Shown piece by piece: positions 38,501-53,500 of a stretch of 64,000 nt of DNA. The stretch's first letter is position 1; the number at the start of each line of letters is the position of its first letter. Under the pieces are notes generated by a model that saw nothing but the letters and a program-made list of their open reading frames with translations, did not search any database and was not told the origin of the DNA. The stretch spans positions 13,454,001 through 13,518,000 of the forward strand of contig CM119385.1 in assembly GCA_051294905.1 (NCBI GenBank). The letters are read 5' to 3'. The position numbers and the translations under genes were made by a program. This stretch comes from Botryllus schlosseri (lineage: Eukaryota).

Positions 38501-41500
38501 TGATCAGGCCCGTAGCCAGCCGAAAAATAAGGGGGGGGGGTGTTTTAAATAAAACAAGGGGGTTTCGATTTTTTTTCGAATTTAGTATCAGTGGAAATTA
38601 ATTACGCTTGCACGCACGGACATGTTTGCGATATGCGAGCATTCGATGTCATCAAGTTTCGCGATGTCACTTATTAATCACAATCGCTGATCATAATAGT
38701 CTTACCGGTATATTGTCTCCAAGTCACCAAGAGATAGGAGCCAACGCATGCCAGGCCCGAGACGCGATGGTTACGCCAGCGATGATATGATATCGTTCGT
38801 ACCATGCCTATTGCAGATGCGATTGTGTAGGCCAGCGATAATATCGTGAGCACCAAGCCAATGCAGGTGTGATTATGTAGACCAGTGATGGTATAAAGTC
38901 CAAAGAGCCTATTGCAGATGTGATTCTGCCAGCGGAACTATAGGCTTGTTGAAGACTCGAAAAATCAGGCTAGCAACGATAGCCGAGTTCGCGGCAATCA
39001 ATGACCTAATTTGGCGATCTTCTCAGCAGGAGATTGCGTCGCGTTTTACACACTGCATTGACGTATCTCGCTAATTGGCGACACGGTTCTCGCTAATTCG
39101 CCGCGCGCAACACTGATAATACGACTTATTGAAGCTTCGTAAAAGTGTAAAACGCATTATTACCGATACTATTTTATCCGGTTAACCGGCAGATTTATAT
39201 CCGGATATCGGATAATTAAAAAACCTGCGGTTAACCGGTTACCCGTTATCCGGATAATCCAACCCTAGCCACAACATAACTGTCCAGTAGGGCTGTTCAA
39301 AAATAACTTTTTTTTCCCGATTCAAGCCGGTCACCTCTTAAATCGTCAGATTGCAATAGAAAACCTTGCTCACCAAATTTCACTCGATTCCAACCAGTAA
39401 AGGCCTCCGCAGACCCAATTAAAATTTTTAATTTATTATGGAAAATTAAAAAAAATATATTCCCAATTTTTCTGCCAACCCCATGAAATTGTTGAGCTGT
39501 CTTCAAAGACGTTGCAAAACAAATTTGAGTCAATTCCTACCAGTAGAAGCGGAGTTATGTGAGTTTTTCGATGATATTTCTCGGATTATCCTTGATTGGT
39601 GGATAATCCGCGTTTTATCAACGAAAAACTCAAATAACTCCGCTTCTACTGGTCGGAATTGACTCAAATTTGTTTTGCAACGTCTTTGAAGACAGCTCAA
39701 CAATTTCATGGGGTTGGCAGAAAAATTGGGAATTTTTTTTTTTTAATTTTCCATAATAAATTAAAAATTTTAATTGGATCTGCGGAGGCCTTTACTGGTT
39801 GGAATCGAGTGAAATTTGGTGAGCAAGGTTTTCTACTGCAACCTGACGATTTAAGAGGTGACCGGCTTGAATCGGGAAAAAAAAGTTATTTTTGAACAGC
39901 CCTACTGTCCAGCGGGAAAGTTTTCACTCCAGTCAACATTAGTAACAAGTGAGTGACAAGCGCAAAAATTACACATGTAGTGCTGAGTTTTAAAGAAATA
40001 AAAAATGGAAGGAAAGCTACTCATTCACGGAGGCGACAATGCCAAGGCTAAATCGTCGCTTGCAAGTTACACTATACCTAAAGAATATAACGCAAATGCC
40101 TGTGGTTTCGCTGGTTTATATTTTCTGACGTACTTGGTCTCAGCCTTAGCGAGTCAATTGGTCTAATTCTATCCATCGTATTTGCACTTCAATAAAAGAA
40201 TGTCAGTTGCGGCAAAATTAATATATCTACACCTTCCACTTTGCCTGGAGTGTTGTGGTGGTTAATGGGGCAGTATTATAATCTTTTCCGTGACCCAAAA
40301 TCCGAATTCGTGGAAACCGGAATGGTGATTTCATAATATGAACAAGAACATGCACGAAGAGTCAAAGTTTACAGCTAAATCTTTTGACTCCTCTCAACAC
40401 ATATTCAAGCCCAATCATAGCGAATGAAATAAAGGGAGCACAGAATAATGGCAAGGTACAACTGTTGATGATATAAAGGGTGATATATAATATAGAAATG
40501 TTCTTTTAAGGATAACGCTGATATGGGCAGTCATAGAGGAAAGCAGTAGTGTTTGCAATCAATTATTGGCAGCTTTGGTGGTACATATGAGAACAGACAA
40601 AAAGTTAAAGGAAATCAACTAAGACCGAGGAATGGAATGTACTCCTCTAACAACAAGTAAGATTGCAAAATCTCTTGCGAAATAGGCAACCAATGTACAA
40701 GCTAAACCACACAACTCACAAGTCAATTTCTATCATCGATGTGGTTACCTGGTGGCATTACTCCTAGAACAAGTCTCGGAAAAGCGATGTTACTGCAGCT
40801 TGTGGTACTTTGACAGACTGAATAGCACACATCCGGATCCACACAGGCTACCTCATCTATAAAAAGAATCATGTTGTGAATAGGCCTACACCAAGTACAG
40901 TCAGGAGATGTACGAAAATATTGTCTGTCTATAACTCTGTATGTCAGTTCAATACCAGATTGCATACTATGCAAAGCATAGCAATAGAAATTATTCTACT
41001 TCATGTGAGCACATATCAATTACAATATGAGGGGGATTTTTATGATGTCATGAAATCATTCTCTGAAAACAAGCTATGTAATCAATCAATGCTATGCAGA
41101 AAAGTCATCTGTAGTGCAAAATTGGCTAGTGGCCACCCAGACAGAGTCACACCATACAATACACATGGGTACTTGCCACAAACAAGGCACAGATTCTCTG
41201 CAACAATCGAGGCAATGATTGTAATAATGACAGCTGGCGTATATGACAGTGACAAAATGACTCGTCATTGACAATATTGCACCCACAAAGAGCCCAGATC
41301 AACAAAATCAATGGATGTTGGATGTTGTATCCGCAGTATTTCCATCAATTTTATTAATATTTTCACATTGGAAATATATGAAAACCTGAAGGTTTTCGAA
41401 CTGACACTCTTCAAGGACAATCGTCAGTTAAGTGTGGAATTTCAACTAAACTGCATACAACAAACTATGACGCCATAGAGTCAGATGAAAAAATATCAAA

Positions 41501-44500
41501 TGGAAACAAATCACGAGCGCAACAAATTACTGTGTTCAGCATAGACACAAATCCCTTCTGGTGACACCAAAACGATTGGTGGATCTTATTAAAGGTGGAT
41601 TCAAGTGCAGGAAAATGGAAAAATGTGTGGGCTATCACCTATATGTGAAATCTCTCATCACTACAGTTCTGAGCACAAGCGGAATTTTCTAATTAATGCT
41701 AACCAATAGTCAGAGGTGGTCAAAGCGTTTCAATCTAAGTAGAAGTAGAAGCAACGTCGTAAATTTCTACGACACACAGCTAACGTTACCCAGGTTGACC
41801 TGGACCGCTGCAGTAGAATGGGAATACTTGTATCATGACATTACCAAATCAAGAATCACAGTCAACCCCTTTATAATATGAGTTATTGCCTGTTAGTTGG
41901 CAGCGCACAAAACAACATGCGTTTCGGTGATTGAACGAAGAAGAGTGGATCCGAAACAGTTTATGGGTGTTCCAGAAACAAGGAAATTGTTTAATTAACT
42001 ACACATTTATTGTGCAAGGTAAAATATCATTCATGTCGAATGTATATCAGTTTGGCCATTTTCAAAGTTTTAACGTCTCTAGAATCTACTTGGATGAGTG
42101 AGAGGCTTTATTTCAGTCTCAACAAGGTCGAAATAAATTTAATTATAAATGATAACATCTGGTGATTTACAAATTGGTAACTGTGAAAATAATGGCACAG
42201 ACAGACTGATAGAGTGAATGCAGATTACAGGAGTTTATCATGCGTTCGGATATGAGCAAAATTTTAGCCAATCGAAGCAAATTAATAACATGCCAAAATT
42301 GACACGCGAGAATTGATCAAAGCAGTGGTTCTCAAACTTTTCTCGACACGCCCCCTTGAATAGTGAAAAATTTTGAGCCCTCTTATTGCCATATATTTAA
42401 AAATATACAACCAGAATTCTTGAAATCCCAACATATTGTTAGGGGCATGTTGGAAGATGTTATGGCTGTTGTCCGTTGAGATGCTTCTGAAATGTAGAAT
42501 TTGGACTATACACTGAGCAACAATTATGAGCTTGAGGTAAATCGCAAAAAAAATTCCAGTTGACTATTTTGTTGAACATAATCATGTGCAATAGAAGTAC
42601 GTAGCACATAGATATTTTAGTGATTTTGGCGCCTAATCCCTTCTATTATCCCACTTGAGCCTATCTCAAACGTACCTGACTATAAGCCAAATCAAAAACC
42701 AATCGCACAGCTACACGCAATCACGCATGCCCCAGTTACACTATATTCAGAGGCAGCTTCTGATTAGTGCAGAGTTCGGTATCATTCATGCATGGATGGA
42801 ACGACGCGGCTTTGACATTTAAAATCGAAATACAACTAGGATTATTGCCATTGCTGGAACTTGGATGTTTCAGGACAAATCAAACTTATTCCAAGTTCAA
42901 GGAGCTTCATTCCTCTCAGGCAGCATCGTGCCTCCCCTAGGACGCTTTCACGCATCCAAGTTTGAGAACCACTGGATTAAAGAGTTATACTAGGATACAC
43001 CAGGCTGTACGTTCTCAGGCGTTTACCTGCGTAAAGTATTCTACTGATCATCCCTGGCATGACCATGACAAACATTGGTAGAATCTTTATAAATCCTGCC
43101 ATCAGGGTAGCCCCTTGTGCGTGAGACAGACTCTTGGCTGCCAACGCCCGCTGAACTATGACCTGCGGAAACAGGGTATCCATCAGTCAAGTCAGTCTGA
43201 GTATGGAATGTGGGTTCGTTGTAAAATATTGGAATTCTACGCAGGGGGAAACCTTGAAGAACATGGCACTCTACTTCACAGCTGCTCATATCAGTTCTGA
43301 AAACAACTTCGAGTTCCTCCTTCAGGAGGGCAATATTGTAGTTTCCTCGATACTGGATATGTTATCAGCTGCTTCCACCACAAGTAGAATGCAATCGCGA
43401 GATAAAATTCCACATATCAAATCCCACAGGAAGCAGTGGGATCAAATAGTTTTATCATATGCACTATTTCTTCATAATAATGAGCATGAAAACCAAGTTG
43501 CGATCAATGGAAATGACTGATAAATCCAACGCATAAGAATTGCAACATCAGTTCGAAATTGACAAGGACAAAGCCTGTTATATGTCAGCAATATCTTACC
43601 TGATCGGTGCACCAATACCAGATGGAAGCGGGTGTCTGTCCTATCAAGAATCCAATCCACGGCATATTCTCATCAGATGGTTCTCTCAACATCGTAAAGG
43701 AATCGCTGTAGGGAAGTCCGCAACCTACAAAACAGACAACACATCCATATGAGAACAATTTTGATATTCAGTATTTGGAACAAGCTCATGTTTTGATATA
43801 TTCAAAGTAAACTAAGTGACTTTTGTTGCAGTTTCAAAACATTCGGAATGAGTGTGTGGGACCAATGACATTGGATCATTTCTTCTCTCATGAATACTGA
43901 TGAAAAACCTGCAATTTACTGACAATAAAATTACCTAGCAAGTTTTTGAAGCGGAGAAACTATTTCATAGTATTTTATATACACAAAAGAAATGTGGTCC
44001 GAATGCCTTTCTCTGTATGAAAATCAGTGCGGCATATTTGCTACAGTCCAATGAACAACAACAGCTATCTCGGTTCTATATCACACTTGAACCGCAGTAT
44101 TCTAATATTTACGGTGAATAATGGCAAAGAAAAGATTATAAAGAATTTGGTGAGAAGATTGGTCGATTTCTTTCCACGGAATTGAGTATGGTATGAAATA
44201 AGTGGGTCTTAAATTTGCACTGTGCAACACGCAGAGGTGGTCAGTAACAGGATGATTTTACTTTTTGTACCGTGCTCATGTAGTTTTTGCCATCTTGCAC
44301 TACGTACTCAAGTGGTTAAGATTTTGGACTTACACTCCTACAGGTTATATTCTGGATTTTGTAAAGTAGAACGTAGTTTTGGGATATGCTTGATCATGAT
44401 CACGCTTATTAGTGAAATTGTCATGACAGTGACAGTATCACATTGGGCAGGAGTGGCCAGCCTGCAGCCGTATGCGGCCGTAGAAGGAAGTTGGTGCGGC

Positions 44501-47500
44501 CATGGACATGTTGTTCAATTAATATGTGTTGGCGGCCGTAGACATGCAATTTGAATTTACGAATTGACTAGCGATTTCTTGAAAGATTTTAATTAATCTT
44601 GGAATTTTTTTGCGCTGCGCGCGATTCAATGTGACATTGTTTTTCGATTATAATATAATACCATCCTTTGCAATCAGAGCCCTACAGTACAGATTCGAAC
44701 ACCAGAGGAAATGATACGCTCCACTTAGAAATACCCACTCGGGATCGTGTGCTCCTCACTATATCGACAATCCTGATCGAAGGTCAGGAAATAACAGCAT
44801 GAAACAAAGTAACTAATAACAATTTGACCACCCGACGATACACCTATTACACCATCATTCATAACTTATTGCCCTGAATTTTTGAAAACACCCCCTCCAT
44901 CAACTTTACCGGTGAATCTGATCACATGGGTTGAGAAATGATAAATGTTTCATAGTAATATGTAAAACTACTAATATTAACGACGAAATTCATTAGTAAA
45001 TCTGAAAAAACTTTTGCGCGTGGCGCGACTATCAACAATCCGATATCGTGACCGTGCAGTGACCACTCGCGATTCGGGTGAGTATATATTGAGCCTATAT
45101 GCTTAAATAGATTATTCCGGTCTTCATCAGAAATGGCCACAGACACTTTAACATGGGTATTTGGCGTCCGGCTAGTTCATTACGACTATATGCCCAGCGA
45201 TGCGGCCGTAGGCTACATGAGTAGTCGAAATGCGGCCGTGAATAGCAAAAAGGTTGGCCACCCCTGACATAGGGTTACCATACGTCCTTTAGAAGGATTT
45301 GCCCTCATTTCAGACACTTTTCAAAATGTCCTCCTTTTTGGCAATTTGTCCTTCTTCACAGCTTTCACAGCTAGGATAATGGACAGGTTCAACTGAAAAT
45401 CGGCATAAATGACGGGAAATAGGTGATAGGCCATTCGGGAGACGAACGAAAGTGACATCGATTTTTTTAGTCAACTCAACAAAATTTCCAGTAAATGTTG
45501 CAAAATCGACTGTTTTCGGTTTCGATCAAGTAACTTTTCTGATTTGGAAAAAGTGTCCTCTTTTCCCGGTTCCGAAATATGGTAAACCTAGTATCACAGG
45601 AACTGGATACATTTTCGAAAATGGCACTTATTCTAAAAGCAATGGTCAGCTACCATTAACCGTTAAAAGTATGTGACCCATGGACCAAATCTACCTTTTG
45701 AACTGCTTACTTGGGCACTTTTCAGAACTTCATTTCTACTATTGCTAATAGTTTTGATTCGTTATTGAAATTCCTACTTCTACTTGTAATTGAGTAAATA
45801 TTTACAGCTTCACTTCTACTTCTATTTGAGTAGGAACGCTGACTTCTTTGAACAGCCTTGGCAAAATGTTTGTATTGATGTTGATGGACACAGTACAATG
45901 GCCAACCTTCTGTCATCGGGGTCGTGTTACGAGACGGGATGGCTTTCATATAGCCTTCTCTCAATCCTTCCACGCCGCCAACTTCAATGAAACCTGAGAA
46001 AGCACGAACATAAAATCACGACATTCCTGCTATTACATGGGCATTCATACTCAAAACTGTGAGAGTTGTAGCACCAGCAATCATCAACACAGCCTGCAGC
46101 GTATCGGTGTAGATTACAGCGGCGAGCCCACCGGTGACGGTTAATACTGCGGTGATGAGTATCAAACCGATCATAGACAGATAAATGTTCCATCCCAACG
46201 ACTGTTGTATGAAGAGTCCTCCGGCGTATAAATTCACCTATATCAAAATAAAGTGTAATAACCTTTTGTATTTCACGACAGGCAAAGCATAGCCTAGCGT
46301 TTATAAGATTTCTAACACCCAATAACTACAATAAGTCTTGTTCTACTATCTATGTCTAATGGACTGGAGCAATTTGCGAAGTGACTCAGAACATATGTAA
46401 CACTAGCAAGCTTGGTATAGAAGTTCTATGACATGATATACATACTGATGAGTAGAGCACATACATAGTGGCAGATAATCTTAGCAGGACATAATACTGA
46501 TGTTCGCTGCTAACGCAATAATATATAAAACAATGTATCAGCATTAGTCAAAGACATGCTCGTTTCAGTAAGAAACGTTTTTCATAAAATCCATGCAATT
46601 TCAGTGACAAAATTGAATTTTGTCCTAAATTAGAGTCCAGTCTTTGCTATTTTACATACATGAAATGAGACATATTCGATGAATGACCCCCACTGCACTT
46701 CCCAACATGAGATGGAGATATGGCGTTCATAGTAGCCTCAAACAGTACTCCAATATACATAGTAATCAGCAAAGTCATGCATCATGCAAATTATGAATTG
46801 GAATGCAATGGAAAAGCAAAATATAGAATAGGACATACGAATGCTACTAGCATTCAAAACATATTTTACGTTAGGGGGTTGGAACTCTTGAGCACGTCTA
46901 CCTAGTCAAACAAAGGTTGTTTGAATAATCCTATCCGGCAGTCAAAATTGAATATCTGGTGGAAAGTTTTTAGCATTTATGAGTATAACCTATTTGCTTT
47001 GTCATAGGAATATTGACACCCACATTATGTTATTGATATGATGACCATTGAATGAAATTTATCAATTCCTAATGGACAATGTGGTATTTACTGTTGGCCT
47101 ACCAATTTCGAAATGTAATTTGCTGATCTGGAGATGTTGGAATGCTCAGAAGTAGTTATGAGTTACCAATATGTTTGAGAACGTGTTTATATTCACTTTA
47201 TGAATTGATGTATATAGATCGGCAAACTGGCATAGTCTGTATCAAATCCAATAAGACGCAAATGCAATTGACCATCGTTTGATCAATACTAATCAATTTT
47301 AATAAAGACTGGACCACCCAATGGCTACATCTTCCTCTTTACCATATACCACATCTGACACGAAAGGCACCAATACGGTTTAAGACCTGACATCAATACA
47401 TAATCTGTTACACTATTTCTGGGCATTGAGGATTTCTGCTCATTGTAATTTACAGTCTTTAATTAAAATAGCAATCAAATTTATATTATCACTGTCATCC

Positions 47501-50500
47501 TATCCGTCTGAATTAGTTAAATAAACAGTTTGCTTGATAACGAACACCAAAAACTTGACATTCGCATTCCAAAAACCATACGTGTCAAGATGCGTGACAG
47601 AATCGCGGGCTAAGTTGTATACGACAAATATTTCTGTGCGCAACAAAATCAGTGTTCACTATGCAGTGTGCTCTCTCCATCTAACCAATGGCAGTCATGA
47701 CATAGAACTCCATTATGAAAATGACAGACACTCGATCCACCAATCTAGTAATAAGATATAAGCGACACCGTCAATCGGAAGGAAAAATCATTCCCTTACG
47801 GGAACTTATGTGAATCCGTCCAAGCTTTCAATCCTAGAATTGTAAAGAGCACAGCTAACTGCGCGATACGGTAATCCACGCAGTGCTCATTATAGCTCCT
47901 GAAAAATACGCTGTATGAGAAAAATTGGTCACCGTCAGAAAAATTTCAAAGTGCAATATTTCCCAAACAAAGCCCAATAAAAACTATCGCCATCGCCAGG
48001 CAATAATTTTCTGGAAAAACGGAAATACGCTTCACTTTGAATATTTTATTGCCTCGTGTCAGAATTCAAAGATCATGACACATGCGGTTGTAATAACAAG
48101 CCCTCAATGAAAGACATTCTGCAAGCTTGTGGTCAACCTAGCAGCTCTACTACTAAACCTCAAATAATTATAGGATGTGAGGCACAGATCATAAAGACCA
48201 GGCCTGGGCAAAGTGCAGCCCGCGGGCCAAATGCGGCCCGCCGAGCGATTCTGTTCGGCCCGCGAAAGGCTGCTTGAAATTTAAAATATCAAACCTAATT
48301 TTTAGTGTTGCTGCGTGAACTAAAACCATACGATATATAAACTGGACCGGAAATTCGTTTACTATCAAGCCTGTTCATTAACATACCGTGATTACGCAGC
48401 CTGTACGTACCCCACATGTCTAATCCAGATTAAAACTAAAGTCAATGTAGCAAGTTATGCCGTTATAATGGAAGTCACAAGAAGTCACCAAACCTTCTTT
48501 GGTACCATTGTCACATTACGCATTACACGGTCTGTGTTTGAAATTGTTACGTGATGTGTTTCCAAATCGACAATTCATGAAACAAGTGAATCAATGCCCA
48601 TGATTTCTATGAATATATCACCACCCATAAATGATGTCAAAAAAAGAAAGCCGAAAATTGAAATTCAAAGATGGTTAATAACTGCAACCTTCGCTAATCA
48701 ACAAGGCCATTTCGGCAAGCTGCACACTTCTCAGAGACCAGCTACCAAGACAATAAGCTATATATTATCCTTAGGACCGTAACTACCGCACCTCAAACCC
48801 CCCAATTGCGTGGCGAGCTCGACGGACGCCGAAAATTATTTCATGAGTAAACATAAATTATAGGGTATTTTTTTGAAAATTTATGCAACTTCATTCAATG
48901 GTTTTTAGAATGGGCATTTCGGCGTTAGCCATTACCGCGCCACGACGCACCAAGATAAATGAACTTTAGGTCAACACGGGATTCCGAGAAGGCACTGTAA
49001 TTGCAGCTGCTGATCGAATTAACTAAGTAAAGGGAATAAAGCTCGACAGCGAGAAAACCTTGGCCGAAAAGGACACCCTTATGTTGAACGAAAACCACAA
49101 AGTTCAATTTTCTATAGGCAATATTTGCCAGTGAAGAAATACCAATCGGGAATGGGGGTCGTCTTTTTAGTTTGGTATGCTTCGGCGATTTCAATATCCT
49201 TTCACATAGCAGACGGGGGAGGTCACGAAATAACAACATGTAACGAAGTAATTATACCATCGGGCCCTCCCGACTATTTCCAAGACAGTACCTCACTCAG
49301 CTCTAGCGGTAAAACTGAGTAGGCCACTACGTGGGCTGAGAGAGGTTAAAAAATATGGCAATATATTTGCAATTACCAATATTATTGACCGATTGAATCA
49401 TGAATCATGAAAAAATTCCGCGCTTAGCGCGATTAGGGCATATAAGACATCCCGTGCATCGTGCATCTCAATGGGGGCTGGTATTGATAGAAAAAACGCG
49501 GATAGGGGTTTAAAGAGAGTTAAAAATGTATCATGTTTAACATTGTTTCAAAATATGACGGCAAATAGATATTTTTTGGGTAATTAACCGTCACTTTGTC
49601 ATTCCTCAATATCAACACATTCACAGAGCACCAATTCGTGTAATACACGGTTTCCAATTTAAAAATAAAATCAATACGGTGGATATTCTAAAATTTCTGA
49701 CTCGGCCCGCCAACATATTTCTGCTCGTTATTTGGCCTGCTGAGAAAAATAATTGCCCACCCCTGATAAATACAATACATAGCCTAATCCATGTAGCCTA
49801 CTTTTTACTGGCTACTTTTCAAAAGTTTTCGGTTTCCTCAAAAATTCTGCACAACAAATTTGGCTCAATTCTAACAAGTCGAAGTATTAATATGAGGTCT
49901 GAAAATAATATTGGATTTGAAAAAAAAAAAAATTTTTTTTCAAATTTTACCTGCTACCGCTAGGAATTGTCAATTGTTAGGTTGCTAAAAAATACGATGT
50001 ATAACAAATTTGGCGCAATTCCAACCCATATAATAGAAGCTGTCGGATTAGAGTAATAAATCCAAAATTTGCACCTGCAATCAATGCTTCTCAAACAACG
50101 CAACACATCAATAACTAATCGACCAATTCCCACTAGACTCACACACCGAAATAAAGATACAAGCTGACGATAAATAATAACTACATTATACAACATGATA
50201 AAAAGAACTTGGCAGAACATTCCGAACTCTATGACGCAGAGCGACGATTCACTGCTCCAACTTACACCTTGCAATGACAAGGGACATAGCTTACAGAGAG
50301 GCGAACATAATGTCAGGAGGGGGAATAGCACTGGATGTTTTACCAGCACAGAGTAGTATGGGCAAAAGAATTGAACAATCAATTGACATGACATTTTAAT
50401 TGAGATGTGAAAATCGCGACGACTAACAACATCTTGTAGATGGATGAAAGAAAGGTACGGTATTGAACAAGTCTGATTGCTTTTAGTCAAAGTCACAGGC

Positions 50501-53500
50501 ATTGTAGTCTTCTGTTTGGTACTTGATCAATATTAAACAGGAGAAAATCAACGAAAACTTCACATAAGCAATGTAAGCAAATGAAGACACAACGAATATC
50601 AAATCCTAGAGCACATTTAAAAAATATCATTAAACACAGTAGTGATGACGCAAATAGCATGCACGAATAAAAAAAAATCACACAGTATATGAAAGAGTGC
50701 TACCTGTCACCAATCCGGAATACCGATATTGTTTATTCACTTGGAAGTTGGAATATTCATAAGGTATGAATGACTATGAAAGGAAAGTCATATCTCAAGT
50801 AATACAGCAGATCAAAGAATGCAGGCAAGATTGCCTGGTTTTAATCAAATCCTGTACAAAACAAGTTATCTCTCCTGAGAGCATTGAATGAAGAGTTGAA
50901 GACTCTTTACTAATGAGGATACCATATTTGGAAATATGGCACTCAGCAGTAATAAACAGACCCAGTCATATTTAACACAAATTACGCTGTTCATTAGCTG
51001 TCAACAAAGTCTTTCAGTAATAAATAGTAGGCTTACTCCTATAGTGCTTAGCATGGAGCAATGGTTCCCAAGGTGGGCGATATCGCTCCCCAGTGGGCGA
51101 TTTTGAGAAAAAAGGGGTCGAAAATACCAGGAGCGATTGGGGGGCGACGGGGTGGCGAAAATGTTGCAACATCCAGTGAGATATATCTAAATAACACGGC
51201 CAAACATGCACGTGAAGACGGCTTATTCTGCATATGACGCGAAAATTGACTGAGAAAAAAGGCCAACTCAACGGAAAGTAGACACGGAAACCGCTTTTTC
51301 GAGCACCTACTCCGAAAACTGACCTTTCTTTTTCAGTCAAGTCACCAGGCATCAGAGTTTTGTGAATAAATTTAATGTTTATATGCCCAGTTTTTGGGAT
51401 CCGTAAATATGGGGGGGGGGGCGAAAAGTTGTGTCGAGCTTGATAAGGGAGCGATGAGTCGAAAAAGGTTGGGAACCACCATGGAGTACACCAACGTAAA
51501 AGAACATGACCCATCTTGTCTAGGTATTTTTGAAAGTAAGTACGAAAGTTAGCAGCTTAGTTTAAAAAAACTTACTTGAGTACTCAGAAAACATAGACGT
51601 AATTGTTCACTGACCAACTCTGTGCATGACAACTATAAATCATCACCTATCTTTCGCATGTAAATGATATAAGATGATGTGAAGATCATAGTTTATGTAA
51701 GTCTCTGTAACAGTACTTATACTTATAGCATAGTGTTCCAGGACAGATCAGCTTATAATCAAACCAGACATTAACCATCTTTTCTGTCAGTATGTCAGAC
51801 ACACCTGTGATTAGGGATGAATGGCTAGTAGCTGAAAAATCGGATGTTACTTCATGTCAGTGCAATGCAATGGCTTGACTACACCGCAGTTGTGACAATT
51901 TTCATCAAGACCCAAAATATATTCAAAAACGACACTATGCTAGACAAAATATGAAATGAAGTATCTTGGCTTCCAAACTAATAAAGTATAAAGGTGTGAT
52001 TTATATGTTGTGAATCACGTTTTTGAATTAATTTCTACCAATGGAACTGCATCGAGTGGCATTCTATGCATGCATCGACTTTATTGCTTTCTAAATGTGT
52101 CAAAGACTATTGTATGATGTCCGAGAACTGACGCAATCATAGAAAATGAATAATGCTCCACTCTCAATTTTCAAAGTATAATTCCTTTGAAGCCTTTGAG
52201 TTTCAAATGTAGTGTATGTTATAGCAAAGTGTTGGGTTGCAGTACATCTTAATCAAAAATATTGCAATGATATTGTGTTAAGTACATGCAAGGAAATGCA
52301 GGAAGTGGCAGACGTTAGTCACATAATTATTAGTTGTCATATTTGAAGATATACCTACTAGGTAACCATCCGATTTGTGGTGAAGACCGATATAGAAGCA
52401 AATGTGATAGAGCGAACCGTATAAATTCTTTTGTAACAAAATAGATTTAATGACTAACTATTTCATCCACCATGTACTGACGATCACAATACCTTCAGTT
52501 GAGCAAGAAATCCACATCAGGGATATAAACACAGTATACAGACGTAGCAGATCAGAGCTATTCGGAGTTCAGACCAATAAATGAATGAAACCACAATGAA
52601 ATAACACTTGAAGAGGCACTGCAAGTCTGAAACTAATACTAAATGTGAGTGTCATCACAGGGAGATGATATTTCAGAATTCAAAATAAGTGGTACAATCT
52701 CGTTCGTATAGATAAATTTCTAATAAAGAATGAAACGCGAATGGTCTTCAAAGTAATGAGGGTTATCAAGGTAGAAAAAAAAAGTTTATATTAGAATATA
52801 GCTTATCCCAGTGTAGTTGCTTTAACCACATCGTGACACTAACAGTTCGAGCGTTCAGCAACATTCCAAAAGACAAAACTATCGCACTTGAAATACGATT
52901 TTTATTGATTAAGGTCACCGTATGTCAGATTACATTATTCTCCAAAGGGAGAATGAATTGCATGGTATATGGACATATCTTAACAAAAAATGGTTAGAGA
53001 AATAATTTTAGTAAATCGAAAAATATGTAGTTCTATTGAGGATTGGTGGCAATAATTTAAGTCATTATCAGTGGTAACAAAGGGTTCAGAAAGAAAGTCG
53101 ACAAAATAAGAAACCTTGCTACGCAGACTTGAACGCACCAAATTCATAATCTGTGACCAGATACCCATGTGAACAAACCTTCCTCCCTGCCATGCAGAAG
53201 GTTTGTTAGAATACACCATCACTGCAATAGAATCAATTGTCACGATGATGAGGAAAAAGCAGGGAACATTCTCCTATCATAAACATCACTATTCAATCAT
53301 CACAGTCTGTCAATTAAGCATTCCACTGACTAGAGTGCCTACCAATTTTGAACAGTGTCTAACGGTAATCAAGATTGAAGTCTATCCCAAATTTACCCAC
53401 GGCAGTGCCGCCAAGATTATTCCGAGCCAATTGCAACGCAAACCATCAGAAGAAATCTCACCGAAACTTTCGTGAAGATGTATAGAACGAGCGACAGTAT

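Larger units (their letters stand above)
37425..39268. mobile_element. hAT-type element hosting nested insertions
   Basis: TIR (C/T)AGGGTT; ATCCGGAT/CCGGTTAACCGG subterminal motifs at both ends; TSD GCC(T/A)CAAC. Confidence 0.75.

Noticed and set aside
39297-39895. Near-identical 78-aa ORFs on opposite strands
   Set aside because: An artefact of the foldback MITE arms; no recognisable domain.
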